64,000 bases of DNA, from contig OX337239.1 in NCBI GenBank assembly GCA_946965045.2, positions 682,001 through 746,000 on the forward strand, written 5' to 3'. Positions 21,675 to 32,466 of this stretch are shown here, piece by piece. Every line of letters begins with the position of its first letter. Within the stretch, counting starts at the first letter, position 1. The DNA is from Epithemia pelagica (Eukaryota; Protista; Bacillariophyta). The position numbers and the translations under genes were made by a program. The notes beneath the pieces are model-generated. The model had not been told where the DNA came from, did not search any database, and saw only the letters and a list, made by a program, of their open reading frames with translations.

Positions 21675-24600
21675 CACTCCTTTGTGCCGAGGAATGATAT
21701 TTACTATCCGATGGTACATTCATGATGATATCACGCAATTGGTAGAAGATGCGACCTTGTAATGGCTTGGTAAAAAAATCGGCGACCATCTCTTCAGTCG
21801 GACAGAATGCAATATCCATCTCTTTCCGCTTGATGCAGTCCGTGATATAAAAGTAGCGAAGGTTGATATGTTTGGTTCGCTTCGAACTGGATAGCCCTCC
21901 ATTTTTCGCCAATAGAATACTACTCTGATTGTCTTGATGTAGGGTTACGTCCTTGATCTCATGGCCTTGGGCCTGTATGAAATTCTTGGTCCAGATGATA
22001 GACGGGAGTACATCGTGTACCCCAATGAGTTCACATTCAGTTGAACTACGGGCCACGAGTTTTTGTTTCGATGAAGCCGTCACCACTGCTCCTTTTCCCA
22101 TGGTCATGAAACCCCCAGTGTGTCCTTTTAGATCGGGGTGAGTCGCATAAGATGCGTCAACCCACCACCACAGATGCATCATTGGGTCACCTTCTAGACG
22201 CAGGATCAAATCGCGTGTGGATTGTAAATACTTCAGAACCCGTCCGAGTTTGCGGTAGTCATCATCATCAGGAGCCATGACACGGGTGCTGAGAAAAGTT
22301 ATGGCAGTCCGTATATCAGGGCGACCACGTTGTGCCATGTAAGCGAGTTGCATGGTCACACTGTGGAACCGGTCTGATTTTGTTTCATCCAGCTTGTGAG
22401 CCTTTGGGTTCACATGATAAAGGTGTTTGGCTGCGGGACTACGGGCTCGACCGATCCATTCTTTTGGTAAGTCAAGTAGGATGGTCTCAAGATACGATCT
22501 CATATCCACTTGAACCACACCATCTTCCCCATAGTCGAGGAACATGCCAAGGTAATCGTGTCGAGTACCCTCAGACACTGAGATCTCGCCCAACTGTCCG
22601 AACTCCGCTCGTAGGTCATCCAAAAATTGATGAACTACCTTGCCATCAACGTGCGAGACTTTTAAATCGTCAATATGCCACGTCACAGTGAGCTGTCGAT
22701 CGTTTACTTGTTTGTTTGCAACACACGAGTCATATGGATTGATAACAAATCCCCAACTCTTGAGCACGGCGGTAAGCTTCTCCCAAAACAAACGAGCGGC
22801 ACGAAGCGTGCCGTAAAGAGCTTTCAACATCTCCACATAAATCACCGGTTGACCCTTCTCATAGGTCAAGAAAGGAGCGTAGGTGTCATAATCCACTTCC
22901 AGCAATAGCTCAGCCATCAACCCATCTAGTCGCATATATACGTCGGGGTCCATGTCGGAGTGCATGAATGCCCCTGGTATATCAGCTACTGCAACCACGC
23001 GTCGTTCTAGAGCGTCAATCACGGCAGTGATGAAAACGGATTCAGTAGCAACTGTGGGTGATGCCGATTTGGGTTTGTCAATATAAGCTCTTTGCTTTCT
23101 CCCGTCAGCGCAGCCTCTTCCTTTGATTTTGCCACAGCGCTTGCGTTTTAGGAACATCAAGTATCCTAACGCTTCTTGCACTTGGTTCCAAGTTAGATCA
23201 GTTTTATGAACAGCCCGTAGAACACCGCGGTCGTGTAACTGCTGTATCTCCACTTTCACAGCAGCCACGCCTTTATCACCGAACAACTTGATGCCTTTTT
23301 TCATTGGCATTTGTGGTGTGGCCATATTGATTTCTGTTGACACCAAATACAGGATTCCATCACGCAAATAGCCATCGTAACGTCCACGCTGAAGCTTGTC
23401 CACAGCGGCATAAGAATGTCCGTAACGGTGGGCATAGCTTCTTTGTCGATTCGGCCGTAAATTGTATCGGGGTTCATTTTCGGGTTGGTTGTTGTTCTCC
23501 TGTTCAGGATCTACATCCATCCCTAAGTCCTCATCTGTGAGAGATGCTTCTTCTTCATTCTCCTCCTCTACTCCACCGGCTAGCTCCCTTCCCTCATCCT
23601 CCTCATCAGCATCCATATCCATCACAACATCCTCCAAAGCATCATCATAGGTCGAACCGTTACTGTCTTGTTCGTGCGCATCATGATATTGTTCATTGTC
23701 TACTGGGTCAGGCAGATTGACTTCTGCCCCCACTCCTTGGATTTCCAACGGTTCAAGATCCAAATTGTCCAACGGCTGGTTGGGCTCTGGCTCGTTTATG
23801 ACATTTTCAACATCAGGCACGTCATCTTCAGCTAATTCGTTCTCAACTAGATCATCGTCATACCGCAGATCCTCATCCATGTCCTGTACATCTTCATAGG
23901 ACTCGTCATCATCATCAAACAGTTCATTGTTCTCGTCTAGGAACAAGATTCTGTTGTCACGATTGCCGAACGCTAGTCCCGGTTGCATTTCCTGACTTTG
24001 TGCCAACTGATGTACTCGTTGAATGACTTCTGCTGGCATAGGTAAAGCGGTGGCGTGATTCCTTGTGATTACTCTGCCGCTAGCGAGGCTAAGGAAGTAA
24101 TAACTACCTTGCCTGTTACCGGTTGGCCTCAATGCGATAGCTCCGATGGTTCTTGGGGCCATGGTGTTATCGTGCTGTTCATGGCACTGCACGTATTGGC
24201 CAAATTCATACCGACAATGTTTGTTGAAATCGACATGCTCACCGGTCACGAGTAGACGTGGACTTTGTGTTTTGGAAATGCCGGTGTGATGTGGGAAGCA
24301 GTTTAACCAAAATGTGGCAAATTTGGCCAGTTCTATCAACATGACCTTCGGTAGGGCATCGAAAGGAAGCGTGTTATAAACACAGCGCATCCTCTCCTTC
24401 ACAGTCCTGATGTAACGTTCCACATCACCTACATGCTCGTCCCTGGCAGTGGGATTGATGGTGATGCCGAGGAGTTGAAGACTGGCTTGCATATCATCAC
24501 TTGTAAATGCACCATCAGCCAACACAATTCTCGGTCTAATCCCGCCACGTCGGTAAACTGCCACAGTCTTCTTCAGTGATTGTATGATATTGGTGTCAGT

Positions 24601-26613
24601 GGTTGATTGTATGGCGTCTATCGTCCCGAAATGTATTTTCCTTGACGTGGTGACCAGGAATGGTACATTGTTCACGTGCATGACGTCAATGGTCAATGTA
24701 ACATCCTTGTGCTTCTCAGCAATACGAGGTGGTACTGTCGTGGACGTGTCGACAAATGGGGACTTACGTCTCGTTGTCTTGCCTTTGAGCGTTCCCAAAT
24801 CTGGTCCGTAGATCTTCTCGGCCCTGTATACATCGTCAGTAGTAATGTCAGCGTTTGGTAATAGGTTGTGCCTTAGGATATGAAGATAATCCTTGGTAGA
24901 AGGCCGTCCTATCTTCGCTAAGAGTGATCTGGCCAGCTTGGCTCTACGAATTTCTTCCGGGGAGTAAGAATCTTCGTTTTCGCTAACAGTTGTTACGAAG
25001 CTACTCTGTAACGTCGATGTATCCAGGTAGAATTAACCTTCTGGGCTTGGATTGAACTTGTGTTTCAGCCTACCAGTGGCTCGGTCATGTAAGGCAAATG
25101 AATTTCCACGGTCGCTGTCATATTTGATGTGAAATCTTGTGTGTGCGTTGTTTAGGGAGATGATGTTGGCTGGACCCTCAGGATCATGCCATACGATGCC
25201 ATATCCAGGCAGGAGTCCTCGCAACTGAAGAGTCCTCTGTCCGGCATGACTCTGAATGACGATGGGAGTCTCAGACGAGTGAATATTTTTTAATAAGGAT
25301 GGATCTTTGATGATGTCAACGGTGGACTGATTGTCCAGTAACAGCCATTGAGGGGGAATGCTAGCCTGCATGGTCGAGGAAGAGAAAACATAATCAGGTG
25401 AGTCGCAGTTGACGGTTGAGCCCCAGTTTAATGAGGTTAGCACACCTCGATTGGATTCATTGTTACCCTCGGCTTGTGAGTTGGTTCGATTTGAGCGACT
25501 CTGTGTTGTCGATGCTTGGGAGCCACTTGCATGTGCTTCTGTTGCCGTTGTCGCATTGGAGTGGCCTGTCATGGTGGAATCGGGCAAACTCGTCTCTCCA
25601 CTTGTTACATACGCCACACCGGTGGCGTTGTCGGGCTGACCGTTGCTCTGACCAGGATTGTTCTTTGGTTTTCCTGTCATTCGATTGTCCAGGATCGCAC
25701 GAGCATTGGCAAGCGTCTTGGGGTATACATTCTGTCCATCCAAGAACATATTTTGCAAATGTGCTTCGTACTCCTTGTTGCCACAAGATCGGATGAATCG
25801 AATGGCAATACAACGATTTTGGGCGTCCTCGTGGTCATCGGAAGAAGGTGTTGTGTGTTTCTTTTCCTTCGCCACTCGTTCCAACATGTCCTTATCGTAC
25901 AGGACAATACCGGCTTCATTCATGACCTTGACTTTGGCTCGGAATACCTCGTAATATGAATGGAGGCTTTGATTGTTTCGTCGCCTCAGACTATAGAAAT
26001 CTTCCTTGAGCTTATCTCGGGCGACAAGAGTGAATATGCGTCCGGAATCAAAGGTGAATGTGATTTGCTTGATGAGTTTCAAGAGATCCACACCGTCACG
26101 CATCTTCTTGATCTCTCCAAAGGTCTCGTGGGCCTGTAGCTTATCCTTGAGTAGCGGAGTACACTGTCCCATAATCAAGCTGTATAGAGCTGCCCGAAAG
26201 TTTTTGTAGAGGACCATTTGATCTTGGCGTGCTTTGTACGCCATCTTCCACTCTTCCACTTGGATCATATCTGTGGGGTCTTTTGGTTTTGTTGCTTCTT
26301 CTGGGTCGGGTAGTTCCAATGCTTCGAGTGCTTGTTGGAACTCTTGATTGTGTCGATCAAAATTACTACCGACGTAGCCGATCAATAACTCGACGTTTCG
26401 TAGATAGCGCTTCGATTGCGGATCCTCACTGTAGTCGAATATGCATTCTTTAAGCGACGGTTCTTGGCCTTGAAATCTAGGCGAGTTGGATTGTTGAGCC
26501 TGATTCTGCCATCCTCGTCCTCTTCCTCGTCCGCCTCTGCCTTGACGTTGTCCACTCGACCGGGAGCTAGACTCAACCGTGTCTGGACGATTTGCGTTGT
26601 CTTGTTGAGACAT
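21493..26613 (-). pseudogene. Copia gag-pol polyprotein interrupted by a single in-frame TAA (25033-25035)
   Basis: Protease LLDNQST, integrase D..D..E (TIDVMHV, LADGAF, VERYIR), RT (DIPGAF, LYG, HIDDL) and RNase H (VDASY, SSTECE, QDNQS, ADFFTKPL). ORFs 25033..26613 and 21493..24798 share a frame, and the intervening 78 codons are open and CoDi-like. Confidence 0.9.
21675..21683 (-). other. Polypurine tract (AAAGGAGTG on the minus strand)
   Basis: Purine-rich run abutting the 3' LTR. Confidence 0.75.
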
Positions 26614-26618
26614 CTCGT

Positions 26619-27317
26619 TTAAACAATCGCAATGCTGTCACGATGGCGGCGGTGTTCTTCTGTATCTTTGGTGATGGGATTCCAAATCTTGATAAAGTGA
26701 TATAATGTGCCGTGGCGCGACACTGTGCCTTGGAGATGTGTTCGTCCCACTGTTTCCTTCAACTTGAGAGTATTTAATACCCAAACGCGAGTTCCAATTG
26801 GAATCCACCGTGGGAGTACGCCTCTTTGTGGTGGAATAGCGGGGATGATTGTTTCTGTTTCGATTTCACCGTCCGGTGTTTCTCGGCTCAGGTCAACGAG
26901 AGCGACTGAAGATGCGCGACGCTCTTGATTCTCTTCCGAATTGTTTTCTTGGTTCGGGTTTTCTGGGTTCGGTTCCACAAGATACGCTTCAGCGGAGTGC
27001 TCTGGGTATATAGCCGCGCAGGTTGCTGGGCCTCGCTCAGCCCGCTTGATTTTGTCTAGCAACGTGCGTCGCTTTTCTTGTATCTCCTCGAAGATCAGCT
27101 GTTTCCGAATCTCCGTTTCCTCGTAATCGTTGTCTCTTTCGATTTCTCGTTGTCGCTCCAGTGCAGCGATGGCCTCGCGATGCTGCGCCTCCTTGGTGCG
27201 AAAGCGTTGTTGGTAGCGCTGTTCCGCTTCGTGTAAGAGATCCTCTTGTTCGATAGTGAGTTGGGCCAGTTCCGATAATAAAGATTGTACGCGGTCACTT
27301 GTGCCCTCTTCACTCAT
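26619..27317 (-). CDS. Extra ORF upstream of gag inside the retrotransposon (coiled coil plus a putative SH3/KOW-like barrel)
   Basis: Intact 232-aa ORF between the primer-binding site and gag, ending 5 nt before the gag ATG. The fold assignment is inference. Confidence 0.8.
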   Translation of the reverse strand: MSEEGTSDRVQSLLSELAQLTIEQEDLLHEAEQRYQQRFRTKEAQHREAIAALERQREIERDNDYEETEIRKQLIFEEIQEKRRTLLDKIKRAERGPATCAAIYPEHSAEAYLVEPNPENPNQENNSEENQERRASSVALVDLSRETPDGEIETETIIPAIPPQRGVLPRWIPIGTRVWVLNTLKLKETVGRTHLQGTVSRHGTLYHFIKIWNPITKDTEEHRRHRDSIAIV

Positions 27318-27361
27318 AAGAGTACTTCACGTCAACAACGGAGGTACTTAGTGTAATGAAT

Positions 27362-27375
27362 TTCAATGGAGAATA
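27362..27375 (-). other. Primer-binding site complementary to the element's own LTR (self-priming type)
   Basis: Minus-strand TATTCTCCATTGAA abuts the LTR and is the exact complement of TTCAATGGAGAATA at 27450-27437. Confidence 0.8.
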
Positions 27376-27613
27376 TGTTGAAACTTCTAACAAGCCGTGC
27401 CGTAAAAGCAACTCTTTATAGGCTTATCGAACTACGTATTCTCCATTGAATGAGCGTTGGCTCTCTTGTTCGTTCTTTCGTTGCTTTTGCCACGTCTACA
27501 AACCAATGTCCATGATTCCGCATCTTGCGAATGGCCTATATCTTGCGAATGGCCAGTCGCACCAGTCGCACCTTGGTCCTCTATATTCACCGGTTGCTCT
27601 GCTATCCTCAACC
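27376..27613 (-). repeat. 5' LTR (outer terminal base altered, TCAACC)
   Basis: 237/238 identical to the 3' LTR and followed by the TSD ACTAC. Confidence 0.95.
27448..27455 (-). promoter_or_regulatory. Initiator-like element GCTCATTC, predicted LTR transcription start at about 27451
   Basis: Matches a TCA(+1)TTY initiator, resembling the oomycete GCTCATTY motif. The start position is inferred. Confidence 0.55.
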
Positions 27614-28583
27614 ACTACTCGTACTCCGCATCTACACAAAGGAAAGAGTATTCGTAGTTCGTAGAGAAGTAATCTGCAATCTTCATTCGTCAGGTTGGAC
27701 TTCAATGACTATAAGACTAGCTAGGATTGCTTGTCCAGCTGGTTGAAGAACACAAATTACAAATTCCATAATTGATCTTGACTTTATCAGGATCAAATTT
27801 TAAGTTTCAATCCAGATATTTTCTATTGAAAATAATCACACTAGGTATTTGCTGTATACGTCTCAGTTGACCATTGTTCATGGTCTACTCCTCATGCCTC
27901 CGTTGCATTTTTTGAAATACAAGTCGGCTTCACTTTCAAAGTTTTGTGATTTCAGACCCCAAGAGCCTCCCCTTTCCCCTTCTCCATGTATTGAAGCATT
28001 CCGAAAAGGGGCGTATTTTGAAAACGAACTTTCCGCCCCTCAAAACGACCTTGAAATTTGTAAGTTTCTAAAGGGGTTATTTTGATATCTCCTTGGTCCT
28101 AATGAATGTTTCGGGGGAGAGAGAGGCTGAAATTTTCCTGTTCACTTGGGGGGGACATGACTGCGCAAAACTGCGTCAGTGACTTTCTGAGATTCTGACC
28201 GGCATGGTTCGGGACAGATTGTATCAATGGCTCCTGATTGGTCACCATGACCTCGTACGTACAAGCGCGTTGGCTTTCGTGTTTCGGTGCGATTTATCGT
28301 AGCTACCACCAAAAATGCAACTGCTGGAAGCAAAATTCCTGTATTCTTCATTCTCCTGTTGGCTTTTGTCCTGGGTGAACAACAACGGCCTTCGTTCATA
28401 AATTTTCGCCGTGTGCCGTTCCAAAATTTCATTTGCTCCCTTGAGACCACAGACAGTAGTGACTCGCTCTGTATCGCAGCAGCAGCTTGAGAGTGAATCT
28501 GTCCTTTGCGCAGAAGACGACAGGAAGTCTTCAATCTATTCATTGCAGCGGAGAAAGAGACCACTGCTTGATAATTGTTTACC

Positions 28584-29651
28584 ATGATGCACGATACTGC
28601 GCAACATCAACGAACAAGCAAGAAACGCTGCCGGACTCATGACCACACGGAAACCAACCATCATCCACACAAATTGGAATATGACGGAGAATCTGAAGAT
28701 GAGTGCTTCATGACTACGCCATCGTCAACGGCCAGTGGATGCCTCCGCTCGAGCATTTCCTGCCATAGTTTCTCCAGCACAGAATCCCTCCCATCCACCA
28801 AAAAAGCTAGAACGACTCGAAAACAAGTTCGATTTGCCGAGGCACTTGTCTCTCAAGCCATTCCACCCTTTTACCAATATTACGCGGACGACACTTTTCA
28901 AGACCAGGAGAGACTGGACCTTGAGGTTCATCAAGATGGGTGCCTTCCTTGTTTAAATAGAAGCTCTATGTGGTGGACGGCTTCAGAGTATGAAGCCTCT
29001 CGGGTTACCCTCCGTGAATTGTGTAAGGGATTCCGTCAAGCACGACGCTACTGTGATTGTTTGTCCCAGGTGTATCAAACCGCATGCACCCTGGCCGTTC
29101 TCAAAGAACCCCAAACCGTTTCTGGTCTGGGCCAGGTATCTCAACCCCGTGCAAACGAGAATCTCTCACAGGGCCCTTTCAAAGAGCAACAAAGCATCCC
29201 TGCTTCACCGCCTTCTCTACAAGAACTTTTGTTGGCATCTTCTTCGTCCAGCCATTCAGCGAATCAAAACACCATGCCAAACCTTAGCTCGAATATGGTT
29301 CCATCGCCTTTCCAGCAACAGCAACAACCTTATTCAATGCCAACGCCAGAAAGTTCAAAGCTTGTTTTACCCCCTCGAGGATTGGAAGGATATAGTAGTC
29401 GTCTGCATGCCTTGCGGCGCGCGAGACATGTGGCTGAAACCAGACGAGCCGTCTTTTTGGAGCAAGCCATGCAATCCATATTATCGTCATCTACTTCTTC
29501 TAACAACAACAATAGTGACGAGGCTATTCAACGGTTGGCGGAAACATCAGCTCAAGCGAGTTTGAACTCGCGATGGATGGCCATGGTTTGGGGACATGCC
29601 GATGCCGCGTGGGTAGTCGAACAGCAAAAGACCTTGCAGGAGTTGAATTGA
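28584..29651 (+). CDS. Diatom-type hypothetical protein (VRF..WW..RGLE..AVxxEQ family)
   Basis: Motif order KQVRF, MWWTASEY, PRGLEGY, RRAVFLEQ, SRWMAMVWGHADA is recalled from an expanded diatom family. Function unknown. Confidence 0.75.
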   Translation: MMHDTAQHQRTSKKRCRTHDHTETNHHPHKLEYDGESEDECFMTTPSSTASGCLRSSISCHSFSSTESLPSTKKARTTRKQVRFAEALVSQAIPPFYQYYADDTFQDQERLDLEVHQDGCLPCLNRSSMWWTASEYEASRVTLRELCKGFRQARRYCDCLSQVYQTACTLAVLKEPQTVSGLGQVSQPRANENLSQGPFKEQQSIPASPPSLQELLLASSSSSHSANQNTMPNLSSNMVPSPFQQQQQPYSMPTPESSKLVLPPRGLEGYSSRLHALRRARHVAETRRAVFLEQAMQSILSSSTSSNNNNSDEAIQRLAETSAQASLNSRWMAMVWGHADAAWVVEQQKTLQELN

Positions 29652-31056
29652 GTGAAAGCAATGCTCAAGTTGAACCGTATTCCCTTCGACTCGAGCTAAG
29701 GCCTTGAAGGCCTAGCCCTTCAGTCACCGTTAATAACATGGCAGCACAGTACCTAGACAACAACAAAATGCTGCCGCTCAATCAAAGTTTGATTCTAAAA
29801 ATGATTATCTCGTATGTTCCAATTTGACTTTTTTTATTGCCCACAGCAACCCCCGTAGTACACAATATCCAGATGGCGTATCACAGTCCATCCATTAAAC
29901 AGCTTTGCGAACGTACACTCTCGTGAGATGCCATAATTGCATCGAGATGAGAAGCTAAAATGTGACGCAGCGTCCAGAGATTTTCAGTTGCTGCTAAGCG
30001 AGATGGCCCCAATCGTGAGGAAGAGGGTTGTTGTTTCGTATCGATTGAACCGTTCTGGTCATTATTCTTTAAAAGCAGTTGGTGTGAATGAGTCGATTTT
30101 GAGAAGGAAGTTTTAAAAGCGAAAGTGATTGTCCAGCATTAGCCACAACTCCGTGTCATCTTGTTGTTGATTCGGTGTTGTTCTGGAAGACGGATTGTTG
30201 GCATGTTGCCGAGTGGTTTGAATGAGAAGACCCGATTTTGTCCGGGACACTTTGGTGGTGGACCTTCGCGATGGTGAGCGCATCCCATGCTCATAGGAAT
30301 CGAGAAATTCATTTCTCCATTGTCGATTTCGTTCCCGCCTTTGTTGAATCGAGAGAGTGGAAGTTCGTTTGCTTCTCAGTGATGACTGTGGTCCACAAAG
30401 AAGCAACCTCTTATTGTGTTGTGTCGGTGATGCAAAATTCGATGAGAGGGAGCTGCAACAAGCAATGAGACCATACACGACACCACAAGAGCAAAAGACG
30501 TCAGATGATGTTTTTGTGTCAAACTACTTTTGCTTCGAGTAATGTTGCGCACCACTTCAGCTTCAGAGAACTGTTACGTACCAAACTTGTCCGGCATCTT
30601 CCATGGACGCATCCTCCCAGTCCCTTGAACAAGAGACGAGGCTCAAGCTGTTTGTCGGATAGGAATGTCTTGGCATGTTGATTGTCACACAGTATTATTT
30701 GATCTTCTCCTCACACAACGTTCCCCTCTTTCTTGCAGTTTTTTTTCATGCATCCGTGTGGAGTCGCCATGCGAGGTTTTTTGCTCATGGTCAAATCCGA
30801 CCACAAGACCAAATACTTAACCATGAAATCCACATGATGTTGATCCCGTTCCTCTATCAATCGATCGTGCAACGATTGACTGGCGCGCATGCGAAACTTT
30901 TGAGGAACGCGGAACGGACAGGCTAGAAATTTTGAAACCTCAACCCTTTTGTAGTAAAGTACGCCTAGCTACCCATGAGGTAATCTAGTGGGACCTCTAG
31001 TGGAGTACGAATATAACTTGTTCCTATGAGTATTCCACACTCAGGTCGTCATCTCG

Positions 31057-32466
31057 CTACAACTCGTCTTTGATTGACGATGATAGGGGAGTGCTTGTAT
31101 TCGTCAACGAGGGTCGTTGAACAGCCGCCGTCGCCGCTTGCAACAGCAAACCAGCCATGGGTCCGCCGTCATTGTCGTCCTCCTTCTCCACTACTGCCAG
31201 GACCTTGTCTTGCCCCAATTCCCACAAAAAGACACCCTGTAGGTTCAACTCCTGTTGTGCGTAACGTACCTTTTCTTGTACGACACGGGGAGAATCCAAA
31301 ATATATCCTTGCCATTCGGAGGGGATGCCTTCCACCAAATCCGACAACAAGGCTGGTGTGTGGAACGTTGTCGTTGTCGTCGAAAGGGAATCATAAAATT
31401 CGGCAAAGGTTTGAACTTGAGCATGTGGGGGTGTCACCTGTCGTCCATAGGCTGGAATTCCCAAGAGTAGTTTGTGGGGATCCGTTTGTTGCGCCACGGC
31501 CTGCAGGGTGGGTTTCAAGACTTGGTCGAATCCATCCACACGGGGGGCATGCATATCGTAGGCCATGACATGAATGGCATTCACGGCTTGGACCATGCGC
31601 GGCGGTAACACCACACCTGCTTGTATGGTAATGGCCAATTGATAGTGAAATGCGTGCAAGGTGGTGGAGACGGTTTCAATCAATCGATTCAACTGCATCA
31701 CTTTTTGAATGTGTTTCATGTTCCGGGGCGAGCCATATTCCAAGACACGATTCGCGCCATGAATGCTTTGATCGTCCAAGACAATTCCTGTCAAGTCAAA
31801 GCGACGACACAGGTGCAGCAAAAAGGTGGCAAATTGCACAAAACAATCTTCCTCTGTTTCTTGATTCTTGGCCTTTTGTCGTTGTTGTTGGGCGGACCAT
31901 TCCATGAGGGTTTCAAATCCCGTCGATCGTTCGACGCCTCCAATCGTCCACCACACACGCAAGGGTTGGCCGTCGGTACTGCGCTGACGTCGATAGTCTT
32001 GGGCTTGTTGGACCGGTCGGACATGACGATTTCGATCCAAACAACACACACGATCCGTCGCCACCAGGTCGTCCACAATGGTCTCCCACTTGTCGTCGTG
32101 GTCGTTATTGTCCGTGTTGCTGCTGCTGCCGGTTTTCCACGAGTGGGGATCAAAGTCGGTCGAAAACAAGTACAAATCGGTCAACAAGAGCGATGTGTCG
32201 TTGAGCCAGGAATCTTGTGATGATGAGGATGAGGGTCCCGTTTCGTCATGATCCTGATGTGGAATGCGATATTCCGGAAGGTATCCTCCCACCACAAAGT
32301 GCGGCTCCGAATCCACCGTGGCAGCAACAGCATCCACCCACCACGACGGCCTGTCGTGGACGAGCATCAGCAGCAGCAGCAGCAGCCCAGACACTGCCAT
32401 GGTCGTGGTCCTCCTGGGTCGTCCTGTTGGTTGTTGTGGCCTCCAATCATCGTAGGGTGGCGCCAT
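31057..32466 (-). CDS. GH18 chitinase-like protein, catalytic motif degenerate, C-terminal KDEL
   Basis: VVGGYLPEYR, WWTIGG, IHVMAYD, LLLGIPAYGR and GVFLWELGQD. Hydrophobic leader MAVSGLLLLLLML. The start could be 32466 or 32400. Confidence 0.85.
   Translation of the reverse strand: MAPPYDDWRPQQPTGRPRRTTTMAVSGLLLLLLMLVHDRPSWWVDAVAATVDSEPHFVVGGYLPEYRIPHQDHDETGPSSSSSQDSWLNDTSLLLTDLYLFSTDFDPHSWKTGSSSNTDNNDHDDKWETIVDDLVATDRVCCLDRNRHVRPVQQAQDYRRQRSTDGQPLRVWWTIGGVERSTGFETLMEWSAQQQRQKAKNQETEEDCFVQFATFLLHLCRRFDLTGIVLDDQSIHGANRVLEYGSPRNMKHIQKVMQLNRLIETVSTTLHAFHYQLAITIQAGVVLPPRMVQAVNAIHVMAYDMHAPRVDGFDQVLKPTLQAVAQQTDPHKLLLGIPAYGRQVTPPHAQVQTFAEFYDSLSTTTTTFHTPALLSDLVEGIPSEWQGYILDSPRVVQEKVRYAQQELNLQGVFLWELGQDKVLAVVEKEDDNDGGPMAGLLLQAATAAVQRPSLTNTSTPLSSSIKDEL

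Larger units (their letters stand above)
21437..27613 (-). mobile_element. Full-length Ty1/copia LTR retrotransposon (CoDi-like), 6177 bp
   Basis: Two 238-bp LTRs identical except for the terminal base, 5-bp TSD ACTAC (21432-21436 and 27614-27618), and gag-PR-IN-RT-RH order. Confidence 0.97.

Noticed and set aside
27950-28140. Possible DNA-transposon end remnant (purine/pyrimidine blocks, short inverted words)
   Set aside because: Inverted matches are only 5-7 bp, with no TSD and no second copy.
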